Source: an uncultured delta proteobacterium (GTDB taxonomy: Bacteria; Desulfobacterota; Binatia; DP-6). From it: a DNA stretch of 64,000 nucleotides. Every line of letters begins with the position of its first letter. Position 1 is the stretch's first letter. The DNA is taken from contig CAWFFN010000005.1 in the NCBI GenBank assembly GCA_963815115.1, positions 1,088,001 through 1,152,000 on the forward strand. Direction: 5' to 3'. A program made the translations under genes and the position numbers. Positions 31,881 to 41,992 of the stretch are shown here, one piece after another. Under the pieces are notes generated by a model, which was not told where the DNA came from, ran no database searches, and saw only the letters and a program-made list of their open reading frames with translations.

Positions 31881-31993
31881 CGCGCGCCCCCTGGTTCGCG
31901 CGAGAGTACCGTCGTCGCCGTGGTGTATCCACCGCGGGCTGGCCGACGATGGCTCCATGACGCTCCCCGTGGGATTCTCTTGGCGACGAGCCG

Positions 31994-34147
31994 CTATCGG
32001 GCGCTGCTCGCCGCGCGACGCGACTCCTTGCGCCTCGCGGTGTGCTCGACGCGTTCCTCGACCTGGGTCTCGCGATCCCAGATGCGGGGGCCCTTCGCGG
32101 CCGTGACGAAGGCGGCGACGTCGCGGGCCTTGTCGAGCACCACGACTCCGTCGCCAGCCTCGATGCCGGCGCGCTCGAGCAGCGGTGTCGCGCCCGCGAC
32201 GTGGCCGATGACCTTCAGGTGCGCGTAGGCGTCGCGCAGCCAGTCGACGGCGCTGGGATGCCAGACGAGCCGCTGTGCCGCCTCACCGGTCACGGCCACG
32301 ACGACGGCGTCGAACAGGATCGACGGGCCGGCGGCCAGCGCGTGATCGGCGGTGAGCGGCTTGCCGTCGGCGCCCGCGGCGCCACCGATCCCCGGCGCGA
32401 CCACCTCCAGGCGACCGTTCTCCTTCTCCACTGCGCCCCGCAGCCCGTCGATCAGCGCGCGATCGCTGCCGTCGGCGACGAGGACCCCGACCGTACGCCC
32501 CGCCAGCGTCCTGGGGGCCTTGGCCACCAGGCTGAGCGCCGGAGACGGCTTCATCTCGATCGGCGGACGCGAGGGCTCGATGCGCTCGACCTGGCCTTCC
32601 ATCGCTAGCTTGTGCGCCACCCGTTCGGAGAGCCGGGTGTCGACGACGGCCAGGTGGCCCAGCATGCGACGGCGGATCGCCACCGTCTCGACCTTGCCGA
32701 GCTCGAACGCGAACGCGTTCGCGATGTGGCGCTGCTCGGGCTCGGTCATCGACCGCCAGAACAGGCGTGCCTGGCTGTAGTGATCCGCGAAGCTCTCGGC
32801 ACGGGTGCGCAACCGAGGGCCGCTCTCCTCCGCGGCGACGCTCGTGAAGCCGCGCTGCGGCTCCTCGCGCGGACCCTCGGGATCGAGGCTGTTGGGCTCA
32901 TATGCGACCCGTCCCTTCGCCACCGTCATGCGCATGTGTCCGTCACGCTGGAGGTTCCGCAGCGGGCACTTCGGGCGATTGATCTCGAGCTCGTGGAAGT
33001 TCGGGCCACCCAGCCGGATGAGCTGGGTATCGAGATAGGAGAACAGGCGCCCCTGGAGCAGAGGATCGTTGCTGAAATCGATTCCCGGCACGATGTTGGC
33101 CGGACAGAACGCGACCTGCTCGGTCTCGGCGAAGAAGTTGTCGGGATTCCGATTGAGCACGATCTTGCCGACGACCTCGAGCGGCACGAGCTCCTCCGGA
33201 ATCAGCTTCGTGGCGTCGAGGATGTCGAAGGGCAGCCGATCCGCCTGCGCCTCGTCGACCGTCTGGACGGCGAACTCGAACTCGGGAAAATCTCCCCGAT
33301 CGATCGCGTTCCAAAGGTCGCGGCGGTGGAAGTCCTGATCGGCGCCGTTGATCTTCACGGCCTCGTTCCACAGGACGGAGGTGGCACCGAGGCGGGGCCG
33401 CCAGTGGAACTTGACGAAGGTCGAACGGCCCTGCGCGTTGACGAAGCGGAACGTGTTCACGCCGAAGCCTTCGATCATGCGCAGCGAGCGCGGGATCGCA
33501 CGGTCGGACATCACCCACATGAGCATGTGCATGCTCTCCGGCATCAACGAGACGAAGTCCCAGAAGGTGTCGTGCGCGGAGGCGTTCTGCGGGAAGCCGC
33601 GATCGGGTTCCATCTTCACCGAGTGGACCAGGTCGGGGAACTTGAGGGCATCCTGGATGAAGAACACCGGGATGTTGTTGCCGACCAGATCGAAGTTGCC
33701 TTCCTCGGTGTAGAACTTGACCGCGAAGCCGCGGACGTCGCGTGGGAGATCGACCGACCCGGCGCCGCCGGCGACGGTGGAGAACCGGACGAAGACTGGC
33801 GTCTGCTTCCTCGGATCCTGGAGGAAGGCGGCCTTCGTGAGGCGCGCCTGCGACTTGTAGACCTGGAAGTAGCCGTGCGCGCCCGAGCCACGGGCGTGGA
33901 CGATGCGCTCCGGAATCCGCTCGTGGTCGAAGTGGGTGATCTTCTCGCGAAGGACGAAATCCTCCAGCAGCGACGGTCCGCGGAGACCCACGCGCAGCGA
34001 GTTCTGGTCGTCGGCGACCGGAACCCCCTGGTTGCTGGTCAACGCGTGCGCGGGAGACTGTGCGGTCTGATGGGCTTCACCGCCGTGTCCTGTCTTCTCT
34101 TCCCGATGCGCGCGGTCGTTGCTCCGCGAGTTGCGACGGGTTCTCAT
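31994..34147 (-). CDS. katE: Catalase HPII (large-subunit heme catalase)
   Basis: [29 protein letters not shown] and a C-terminal DJ-1-like domain. Confidence 0.95.
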   Translation of the reverse strand: MRTRRNSRSNDRAHREEKTGHGGEAHQTAQSPAHALTSNQGVPVADDQNSLRVGLRGPSLLEDFVLREKITHFDHERIPERIVHARGSGAHGYFQVYKSQARLTKAAFLQDPRKQTPVFVRFSTVAGGAGSVDLPRDVRGFAVKFYTEEGNFDLVGNNIPVFFIQDALKFPDLVHSVKMEPDRGFPQNASAHDTFWDFVSLMPESMHMLMWVMSDRAIPRSLRMIEGFGVNTFRFVNAQGRSTFVKFHWRPRLGATSVLWNEAVKINGADQDFHRRDLWNAIDRGDFPEFEFAVQTVDEAQADRLPFDILDATKLIPEELVPLEVVGKIVLNRNPDNFFAETEQVAFCPANIVPGIDFSNDPLLQGRLFSYLDTQLIRLGGPNFHELEINRPKCPLRNLQRDGHMRMTVAKGRVAYEPNSLDPEGPREEPQRGFTSVAAEESGPRLRTRAESFADHYSQARLFWRSMTEPEQRHIANAFAFELGKVETVAIRRRMLGHLAVVDTRLSERVAHKLAMEGQVERIEPSRPPIEMKPSPALSLVAKAPRTLAGRTVGVLVADGSDRALIDGLRGAVEKENGRLEVVAPGIGGAAGADGKPLTADHALAAGPSILFDAVVVAVTGEAAQRLVWHPSAVDWLRDAYAHLKVIGHVAGATPLLERAGIEAGDGVVVLDKARDVAAFVTAAKGPRIWDRETQVEERVEHTARRKESRRAASSAR

Positions 34148-34580
34148 GGTGAATCATCTCCTGTGGGGTGAGCGGGCTCGAGGCGGAGCTCGGCCCAGGG
34201 TGTGACGTCGGCCTTCAGCAGCCGTGACCCGCGTGACCTGGCCCTGGCGGAGCAATAAGCGCGCCGCCGGGTGGCCGCTGGACGGGAGGCCAGGGAGCGG
34301 TCGATCTCGCTGTTGTTGTCAGACGCGCGCCCGAGCAGAGAGAACGTCGATCTTCCACGACAGCTCGAAGACGACGTCCCCTACGAGGCGCGAAGCATTG
34401 AAATTGTAGAAAGGGTCAGCGCCGCGGACTCCGGCGAACGGCGGGCCTCGGGGCTCGGGCGACGTGGCCGCGGTAGGCTCGAACGATCGAAACGTCCCTA
34501 CCGGAGCGCGGCGAACCCTGGTAGAGCGCCGCGGGTCGTGCCCTCCGGGGCGGCCGGGCGCGACACGGATCGGGTTATTC

Positions 34581-35357
34581 ATGACGGACTATCGGCAAGC
34601 CCTCCAAACGCTCTACCAGGCACCGCTCGCGGACTTCGTCGCGGAGCGCAGGCGGCTCGCCGCGGAGCTACGCGCTGCCGGCGACGCAGATGGCGCGAAA
34701 CAGCTCGCACAGCGCCGGCGACCGACGGCGTCCGCGTGGACGGTCAATCAGCTCTACTGGGACGAGCGCCGCTCGTTCGATGCCCTGCTCGCTGCCGCAG
34801 CACCGATCGCGAAGGGCGACCTGAGAGAGATGCGTGCCTATCGCGAGGCGCTCGGCGAGCTGCGGAAGCGCGCGGCTGCGCGGCTTCGGGGTGCTGGCCA
34901 CCCCGCGGCAGCAGGCACGCTGCGTCGCGTGACGGGGACTCTCGCCGCCGTTGCGGCTGCTGGCGGCTTCGACCCGGATCCGCCGGGCGCCCTGGCGACC
35001 GATCGGGATCCGCCCGGCTTCGACGCCGTCGGCCAGACGGTCTCGACGCCCCGTCACGAGCCCCGCGGCGACTCGCAGAGGCAGCGGGCCGCGGCGACCC
35101 GGGACGCAGCACGGGAACGACAGGCTGCGCGCGCGGAGGAGCAGCGGGCGAAGAAGCGGGCCGCGCTGAAAGCCCGGGAGCGTCAACGCATCGAGGCGAC
35201 CGTTCGCGACGCCCACGCCGAGCTGCGTCGGCGCGAGCGTGCGCTGTCGCTTCTGCAGAACGACGTGAAGGCGGCTGCAAAGGCGGTGGAGGAGGCCCGT
35301 GCGTCCCTGGGGGATCTCGAGCGCAAGCTCCGGGCTCTCGACGACGACGCGGACTGA
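34581..35357 (+). CDS. Conserved hypothetical helical/coiled-coil protein
   Basis: LY.....FVAERRRLA...RRPTASAWTVNQL pattern; C-terminal coiled coil. Confidence 0.7.
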   Translation: MTDYRQALQTLYQAPLADFVAERRRLAAELRAAGDADGAKQLAQRRRPTASAWTVNQLYWDERRSFDALLAAAAPIAKGDLREMRAYREALGELRKRAAARLRGAGHPAAAGTLRRVTGTLAAVAAAGGFDPDPPGALATDRDPPGFDAVGQTVSTPRHEPRGDSQRQRAAATRDAARERQAARAEEQRAKKRAALKARERQRIEATVRDAHAELRRRERALSLLQNDVKAAAKAVEEARASLGDLERKLRALDDDAD

Positions 35358-35521
35358 TCACGGCAGTCCGCAAGACGCGACGATCGCCTGGCGGCGGCGG
35401 ATCGGTACGTGCGCACTTTCGACACGGTTCGACGATGAATTCCGGGTCCTGCGCCGGCCATCGGCGCGAAGCCATGCCTGGGCCGCCGTGGCGGGTCTGC
35501 CCGGCGTTCAGACGACGGTCG

Positions 35522-38263
35522 CTATGGCCGTGGTCTGCTGCCCACAGTGGCGATCGCGCGCTGGATCGCGGTCGCGCACTCCTGCGTGAGCTTCGGCTTC
35601 CTGCCCTTCGCGGCCCTTCCTGCCGCCTTTCCAGCGAGCGAGAGCAGGTGCTTCGCTTGCTTGAGGGAGCGCTTCGCCTTCTTCGGCGAGTCGCCAGCCG
35701 GGCGGTCGAGGAGGGCGATCGCCCGGTCGAGCTTCTTCCCGATCGGCGGCGGTACGATCTCGTCTCCGCACTCGGGACCTGCGAGCGCAGCGTCGATCGT
35801 GCAGCGAGGAGTCGTGCATGGAAGCGTGGTCGTCGTGGTCGAGACGACACTCGTGGTCGTCGTCGAGACCGAGGGCATGGTCGTCGTCGCGAGCCGGGTG
35901 GTCGTCGAGCTGCTCGAGGTCGTGGTGGTGGACGTCGTCTCCACCTCGAGGACGACGCTGGTCAAGGACGCGAAGTTCTCGAGCCCCGGCGTACTCACGC
36001 TTTCGGCCCGGACGGTCAAGGCATCGGAGGTCCCCGGCGCCGCGTCCGCGGGCGGCTGGAGCACGACCGTCAGGTCGGCCGACCCCGCGGCCGGGATGGA
36101 GGCCTGGGCTGGATCGGCGCTGACGATGAAGCCCTTGTCGTCCGTCGCGGTCAGCTTGAACGTGCCGGTATCCCCGAGGTTCCTCACGGTGAACGCGTAG
36201 GTGGTCGCGACGCCCGCGTGGAGGTCCTGGCGGATCGGCGTCGCGATCGAGACGCTCTGCGGCTGGATCAGGTTCGGCAGCACGCGCTGAAACGCGTTGC
36301 CGCCGGCATCCTGACCCGCGACGTACGCGAGGAACGGCTCGGCCGGCAGGTTCGCCGCGCCCTCGAACTCGCCCGGGAGATCGTCGGCGACGGGCGCGAG
36401 CGCGAGATCCTGGATGTGCTCGCCGTTGGGCCGGCGCAGATCGAACTGGGCGGCCGTGAAACCTCCCGCAAGCACGGCGACCGCGGAGCTGGTCGCTCCG
36501 GCTCCGGGAAGTCCAGGGATGGGGAACAGGCCGTCGTGCCCGTCCCGCCCGCCGGACTGGACGAAATCGAAGCGGCTCATGTCGAGATCGCTCGAGCCGG
36601 ACACTGCGAGGCTGAACGTGGATGCGACGCCGATCGTCACCGTCCAGAGGCCGACCGCCGGGCCGGTGACCTTGACGACCCGTCCACCGTCGAGCTGGAG
36701 CGTCGTCGCATCCGGGTCGCCGGCCTGAACGAGATCGCCGTTCGGCGGCCGCTGAACCTGCATCGACGGGGTGTCTGCCGAGAACGTGACGTCCGTCATG
36801 GTGGAGTCCACCGGGACGGTGTAGCTCTTCGATCCGCTCACGACCGAGTCCCGGACCGAGAGCAGGGTGACCACGTTCGTCCCGACGAGGAGCCCCGGGA
36901 GGTTCGAGGCCAGATCTGCCTGCTGGGGCGTGAGGAAGAACAGCTGACCGCCCGTCTCCCTGGCGATCTGGATGTATCCCGGATCAATCGGCGAGCAGCT
37001 CCCAAACAGGATGAAGTAGACCCGAGTGCGCTTCGATTGCGCCAGTGCACTCACGCTTCCGGACAGCGCCGAGTCCTTCGCGGTGGCATCCGTGAAGACG
37101 AAGAGCTGCCCCCCGGGATCGGCTGGCCCGAGCGCCGCCAGCATCCCCGCCATCGCCAGCTCCGGGCAGTCGACACCCGGCGCGCTGGTCGTCAGCGCGG
37201 CGATGGCGGATTTGAACTCGTCGGGGTTCGCGGTGACGACCGGCGCCGGCGTGGTCGGGTCGTTGATCTGTCCGAGCACGTACTGGGACGGCTCTTCAGC
37301 CGAGCCGAGGACGGCGTTCACCAGCTGGGTCGCGGCGGTGCGGACCGCGGCGATGATCGGTCCCATGCTGTTGGTGGTGTCGATGACGATCCCGAGCGTC
37401 GGCCCCTTTCCGAGCAGGAGGGCGAGCTGCTGCTGGGTGATCTGTCCGGCGATCTCGCGGATGTACTTCTTGGTCGCTTCACCCGCCAGGCTCGCCGCCG
37501 CTCCGTGCTCGAACGACTGGGGCGAAAATTGCGGATCGCTGCTGTCGCGGTTCAGGCCGAACCCGAAATCCAGGAGAGACAGGCTGTCGAAGGGGCCTCC
37601 GTGCCGGTCCTTGTGGCCGTTCGACAGCATCGGCGGCACGCGGTCCTCGCCGTGGTAGTAGCCGCTGGTGAGTGCCGTGGTCAGCACGAAGTTCACCTCG
37701 GCGGGATCGTTGATGCCCAGCGTGTTCTGAAGCTGGTGTCCGTCGACGCCCAGATCGGGGTTCAGGCCGCTGTTGTTGTTCGTCCAGTTGCTGTGCGCGT
37801 AGAAGTCCTGGATCGAGTGGAGGGCCTGGCCGAGCTCTTCTCGCGCGCCCTGGGCGTCGTTCTGCTGGAGCGAGGCGATCACGATCTCCTTGAGCCCCAG
37901 GATCCGCCCCTGGCCGGCGACGAAGTTCTCGCCGTCGAAATGCAACGCCGAATGGATCTGGTCGTCGTCGACGTGGATGTTGCCGTCCACGATCGCCTCG
38001 TTGGCCGCGCGCATCGATCCGCTCGGCGACTGGACGCCGAAGAACTCGGCATCCAGCGCCTCCAGCGCATCCGTGGTGATCCTCTCGTGGCTGTGGCCCA
38101 GGAGGGGCCCCGCCGTGCGCACGTTGGTGGGGAAGAAGGCGTTGGCGTCGGTCGCACTCAGCATCGGCGTCACGGCGACAATCAGGCGAAGAAGTCCGAT
38201 GGCTGCGACCGCTCGGTACGGAGGCAGGCGCGCGGAAGAGAGTCTGCGGTTGCCTGCGATCAT
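35522..38263 (-). CDS. Secreted VWA7/hemicentin-like protein (HET-C-like N-domain, VWA, beta-sandwich domains, Thr linker)
   Basis: Signal peptide then FFPT...H, HFDGE, LGQALHSIQDFYAHSNW; DTTNSM MIDAS; CPELAMAG; FVFTDA. Confidence 0.75.
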   Translation of the reverse strand: MIAGNRRLSSARLPPYRAVAAIGLLRLIVAVTPMLSATDANAFFPTNVRTAGPLLGHSHERITTDALEALDAEFFGVQSPSGSMRAANEAIVDGNIHVDDDQIHSALHFDGENFVAGQGRILGLKEIVIASLQQNDAQGAREELGQALHSIQDFYAHSNWTNNNSGLNPDLGVDGHQLQNTLGINDPAEVNFVLTTALTSGYYHGEDRVPPMLSNGHKDRHGGPFDSLSLLDFGFGLNRDSSDPQFSPQSFEHGAAASLAGEATKKYIREIAGQITQQQLALLLGKGPTLGIVIDTTNSMGPIIAAVRTAATQLVNAVLGSAEEPSQYVLGQINDPTTPAPVVTANPDEFKSAIAALTTSAPGVDCPELAMAGMLAALGPADPGGQLFVFTDATAKDSALSGSVSALAQSKRTRVYFILFGSCSPIDPGYIQIARETGGQLFFLTPQQADLASNLPGLLVGTNVVTLLSVRDSVVSGSKSYTVPVDSTMTDVTFSADTPSMQVQRPPNGDLVQAGDPDATTLQLDGGRVVKVTGPAVGLWTVTIGVASTFSLAVSGSSDLDMSRFDFVQSGGRDGHDGLFPIPGLPGAGATSSAVAVLAGGFTAAQFDLRRPNGEHIQDLALAPVADDLPGEFEGAANLPAEPFLAYVAGQDAGGNAFQRVLPNLIQPQSVSIATPIRQDLHAGVATTYAFTVRNLGDTGTFKLTATDDKGFIVSADPAQASIPAAGSADLTVVLQPPADAAPGTSDALTVRAESVSTPGLENFASLTSVVLEVETTSTTTTSSSSTTTRLATTTMPSVSTTTTSVVSTTTTTLPCTTPRCTIDAALAGPECGDEIVPPPIGKKLDRAIALLDRPAGDSPKKAKRSLKQAKHLLSLAGKAAGRAAKGRKPKLTQECATAIQRAIATVGSRPRP

Positions 38264-38430
38264 GAGGGGGGTCCTTCCGGAAGACGGCTAGCAAGCTCAG
38301 TGGCGGGTTGACGGAATGGACATTTTGTCCCTTTCGCCTACCAGTCCGAACTTCCTGCGTAACGACGCAGCGCGTAAGCGTTGACCAGCTCCTTGAGCGA
38401 GCAGACCACTCTCTGCTAGGTTCCCGCGCC

Positions 38431-38739
38431 GTGCGGAGCCCGCGTCCCGTCGTGGCCATCGCCGTCGCGGCCGCGCTCCTCGCGGCGTCCGGCGCATTCG
38501 CCGCGCAGTATCCTGCCTGGGGGGACACGGGCTGGGTGTACGCGAGCAAGCGCGACTGCTGCGACGGCGCGCTGCAGATCGCCCGGGAGTACAGCGCCCA
38601 GGCGTGCTACACCGCCGGTGGAGTGCCGAGGCCGACCACCGGGACGCGCAGGGGAGTGTGCCAGTGGGACACGACCCGGGATCCGTGGGGCCGCCCCCTC
38701 TTCCGCTGCCAGGCCGAAGCAGCGCTGTGGTGCCGGTAG
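38431..38739 (+). CDS. Small secreted Cys-rich protein
   Basis: Signal peptide ending AFA; mature region with 6 Cys. Confidence 0.6.
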   Translation: MRSPRPVVAIAVAAALLAASGAFAAQYPAWGDTGWVYASKRDCCDGALQIAREYSAQACYTAGGVPRPTTGTRRGVCQWDTTRDPWGRPLFRCQAEAALWCR

Positions 38740-38743
38740 GAGG

Positions 38744-39442
38744 GTGAGGCGAACACGGCTCAGCGGGGCCGTGGCGCTCGGGCTGCTCGTGGTCGCCTGT
38801 GCCGCGCGGCAACCCACGGCCCCGGTGCCCGTCGCGACGGCGCCCGCGGATCTGTCGGGCTTCCTCGACGACTACTCGCGCCTGCGTCCCGGCGGCCCGG
38901 GCGAGGTGCGCTTCGTCTACCGCGATCCGGCGGCACGCTGGGACGCATACGACAAGGTCCTGTTCGAGCCGGTGGCCCTGTGGCGGAGCGGGCGCAAGTC
39001 GCTGGACCCCGTCCCGGAGCGCGACCTGCTCCGTCTCGCCGGCGACCTGCAGCGCGCGGTGCGCCGACGGCTCGGGGAGGACTGGACGCTCGTGAACGCG
39101 CCAGGTCCCGGCGTGATGCGGGTGCGCTTGGCCATCACGCAAGCGCGGGCCACCGACGCCGTGCTCGACATCCTCACCACCGAAGCCCCGTCGGTCCGCC
39201 GGGCCAAGGCGAACGGACCCGTCGATTCCCAGACGCGTGCGTTCATCGAGGCCGCCTCGATCGAGGGCGAGATCACCGATGCGGAGACGGGCCAGCTCCT
39301 CGCCCAGGGCATCGACCGCCGCGTCGACCGCGGGCCGCTCCCCGCCGACCTGACCTGGGCCGACGTCGACCGGTTCTTCGACTTCTGGGCCGAACGGATC
39401 TGCTCACGCCTCGAGCGCGCGCGGCGCGGTGAGCTCCCTTAG
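38744..39442 (+). CDS. DUF3313 family lipoprotein
   Basis: VVAC lipobox, SGFLDDYSRL, ASIEGEITDAETGQLLA. Confidence 0.8.
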   Translation: MRRTRLSGAVALGLLVVACAARQPTAPVPVATAPADLSGFLDDYSRLRPGGPGEVRFVYRDPAARWDAYDKVLFEPVALWRSGRKSLDPVPERDLLRLAGDLQRAVRRRLGEDWTLVNAPGPGVMRVRLAITQARATDAVLDILTTEAPSVRRAKANGPVDSQTRAFIEAASIEGEITDAETGQLLAQGIDRRVDRGPLPADLTWADVDRFFDFWAERICSRLERARRGELP

Positions 39443-39451
39443 AGGTATACG

Positions 39452-40006
39452 ATGGTACGATCCCGTCTCCCCCCGCTTCTCCTGCTCGCGATCGGCTTGC
39501 TCGGATGCAGCCAGTTCCGGGTGCGTTCCAGCCATGATCCGAGCACGGACTGGAGCCGTATGCGCACCTACGCCTGGCTACCGCCCGACCAGGCGGCCCC
39601 CGCGGACCAGCGCGTGCAGGACCGCTATTTCGACCGCCGCATCCGCGCGGACGTCGCCAAGGACCTCACCGCCAAGGGCTATCGGCCGGCCGGATCCGGC
39701 GAGCAACCGGACTTCCTGCTCAATTATCGGCTCGCCAGCGAACCCGCCAGCAGCGTGCGGGCGGATCCAGGAGGACACTGGGGCGGCGTCTGGTCGGCGA
39801 ACTGGATGACGGGCGGCGGTGCCTACTACACCGACAACTACGACGAGGGCACGCTCTACATCGCGGCGCTCGAGCCGACGTCGAAGCGGATCGTCTGGGT
39901 CGGACTGGCCCAGGCGCGGCTCGTCCCCACCATGTCGTTCGAGCGCAAGAAGAAGCGGTTCGACGCAGCCGTCGACCAGATTCTCCAACACTTCCCCAAC
40001 GGTTGA
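39452..40006 (+). CDS. DUF4136 family lipoprotein
   Basis: LLGC lipobox, TYAW, LTAKGY, PDFLLNY, YDEGTL, VWVG, FP terminus. Confidence 0.82.
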   Translation: MVRSRLPPLLLLAIGLLGCSQFRVRSSHDPSTDWSRMRTYAWLPPDQAAPADQRVQDRYFDRRIRADVAKDLTAKGYRPAGSGEQPDFLLNYRLASEPASSVRADPGGHWGGVWSANWMTGGGAYYTDNYDEGTLYIAALEPTSKRIVWVGLAQARLVPTMSFERKKKRFDAAVDQILQHFPNG

Positions 40007-40051
40007 GCCGGCGAACGCCGCGATGTCGTCCGGCCAGCCCGGGAGGGAGTC

Positions 40052-40507
40052 GTGATCTACGAAGTAACCGTCGAGACGCTTGGCCCCCGCACGCTCGCAG
40101 CCGTTCGTCGCCGCGTCGCGATGAACGACGTCGGCAGGGAATTCAGGCCGGCGCTGGACAAAGTGTGGGCGTTCCTCGAGAGGAACCCCGGCCTCCGCAC
40201 CGACGGCCACAACGTTTTCCTCTATCACCATGAGACTCCGGAGATCATGCCGGTCGACTTCGGCGTCGAGGTGGTCCGCACCTTCACCGGCGAGGACGAA
40301 GTCCAGTGCGTCACGACGCCGGCGGGCGAAGCCGCCGTGGTCGTCCACCGCGGGCCCTACGAGAAGATGCGTGCCGCTCACGGTGCCCTGCACGAGTGGT
40401 GCGCCGCCAATCGACGGGCGATCGGCGGATACAGCCTCGAGATCTATGGTGACTGGTCGGATGATCCCTCGAAGCTGGAGACGACGATCCAGTATCTGCT
40501 GCGCTGA
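40052..40507 (+). CDS. GyrI-like small-molecule-binding protein
   Basis: HRGPYEKM, LEIYGD and TTIQYLL motifs. Confidence 0.8.
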   Translation: MIYEVTVETLGPRTLAAVRRRVAMNDVGREFRPALDKVWAFLERNPGLRTDGHNVFLYHHETPEIMPVDFGVEVVRTFTGEDEVQCVTTPAGEAAVVVHRGPYEKMRAAHGALHEWCAANRRAIGGYSLEIYGDWSDDPSKLETTIQYLLR

Positions 40508-40612
40508 GGACGATCTGATCCGCCGCCCCACGCAGCGCAGGTCGTTCCGCCGCGGCCGGTTGCCTGATATGCGCCGCTCGTCGCGCCGCACCCGCTCGCG
40601 GAGTCCGAAACA

Positions 40613-41923
40613 ATGAAATCAGCCGGGATCGGCGTCGCACTCGTGGCGATGCTCGCGCTTTGCGCCATCTCGGGACAGGCGAGGGCGGCGGAGCAGAAGC
40701 CATCGTCAATCGATTCCGCCGACCGGCTCTTCCGAATCGGGGAATTTGTCCAGGCCGGCGAACAATACGCCAAGATCGCCGCCGACCACCCCGACGACTA
40801 TTCGGCAACCCTCCAGCTGGGTCGGATCGCGCTTCTCTCCAACCGGCTCGACGATGCGGAGCGTTGGCTGAAGAGAGCCGTCGAGCTGCGGCCCGGCGAC
40901 GCCGACCCCAAGGTCATGCTCGCCGAGGCGTACTATCGCCGCGACGATTTCGAAAAGGCGGTGGCTGCGCTGAACGGCGTCGACATGGGCACCAACCCGC
41001 TGGTCGCCGTGCAGTACCCCACGCTGAATGTCGCGAAGCTGCAGAGCTTCAAGGGCCAGACGCCCTACGAGGTGCGCGGCGACGGGCAAATCACGCGCCT
41101 GAAGTTCCTGCGGACGGATCCGCTGCCGCTGATCACCGTGCGCGTCAACGGGGGCGACGAGGTCACGTTCTTCATCGACACCGGGGGCTCGGAGGTCGCG
41201 CTCGACACGGCCTTCGCCAAGGAGCTTGGCATTCCGCTCTTCGGAACGGTGCAAGGCACTTTTTCCGGCGGCCAGCACGCCGACGTTCAGCAAGGGCGGA
41301 TCGAATCCCTCACTGTCGGTGACTGGACGGTGAAGAACCTGCCCGTCGTGATGCTCCCCCTCCGCCAGCTCTCCGAAGGCCTTGGCGCGAAGCAGATCGA
41401 CGGCATCATCGGGACCACGCTCTTCTACCATTTCCTCGCGACCCTCGATTTTCCGCACGGCGAGCTCGTGCTCCGCCGGAAGAACGCGGCAAACCTGGAG
41501 CAGCTCGTGGGAGCCTCTGGCAAGAGCGTCGCGGTTCCTTTCTGGATGGCAAGCGACCATTTCATGGTTGGCTGGGGGCGCGTGGAGACGCTCCCCCCTG
41601 CGCTTCTCTTCGTCGACACGGGGCTGGCTGGCGCAGGAGTCAAGCTGGCAGAGTCGGTGATCAAGGAAGCCGGGATCAAGCTGGAGGAAGACAAGGCGTC
41701 CGTCGGGGCGGGCGGCGGCGGAACCCTGAAGATCGTGCCCTACGTCGTGCATCGCCTTTCGTTCGGGAAGGTGCAGGAAGAGAACGTCGCGGGGCTCTAC
41801 GATGGGCCGTTCCCCTGGGAGAACGTCTTTGGCTTCCACCTCGCGGGCATGGTCGGCCACGATTTCTTCAAGCCCTATGCAGTGACCTTCGATTTCGAGA
41901 ATATGAAGGTCTTGTTGGAGTAG
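40613..41923 (+). CDS. Secreted TPR plus double retropepsin-like aspartyl protease
   Basis: Signal peptide, TPR helices, FIDTGG and FVDTGL, DGIIG and GMVG motifs. Confidence 0.85.
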   Translation: MKSAGIGVALVAMLALCAISGQARAAEQKPSSIDSADRLFRIGEFVQAGEQYAKIAADHPDDYSATLQLGRIALLSNRLDDAERWLKRAVELRPGDADPKVMLAEAYYRRDDFEKAVAALNGVDMGTNPLVAVQYPTLNVAKLQSFKGQTPYEVRGDGQITRLKFLRTDPLPLITVRVNGGDEVTFFIDTGGSEVALDTAFAKELGIPLFGTVQGTFSGGQHADVQQGRIESLTVGDWTVKNLPVVMLPLRQLSEGLGAKQIDGIIGTTLFYHFLATLDFPHGELVLRRKNAANLEQLVGASGKSVAVPFWMASDHFMVGWGRVETLPPALLFVDTGLAGAGVKLAESVIKEAGIKLEEDKASVGAGGGGTLKIVPYVVHRLSFGKVQEENVAGLYDGPFPWENVFGFHLAGMVGHDFFKPYAVTFDFENMKVLLE

Positions 41924-41992
41924 GGGCACCGATTCGATGCTCCCTGGGCTGCCCGAGTGAACGTCCGAACCCGCGCCGATGGGCGTCGATGG

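Noticed and set aside
34319-34582. ORF ending DPFYNFNASRLVGDVVFELSWKIDVL upstream of katE
   Set aside because: No recognisable family or RBS, and it overlaps the divergent gene start; cannot be supported
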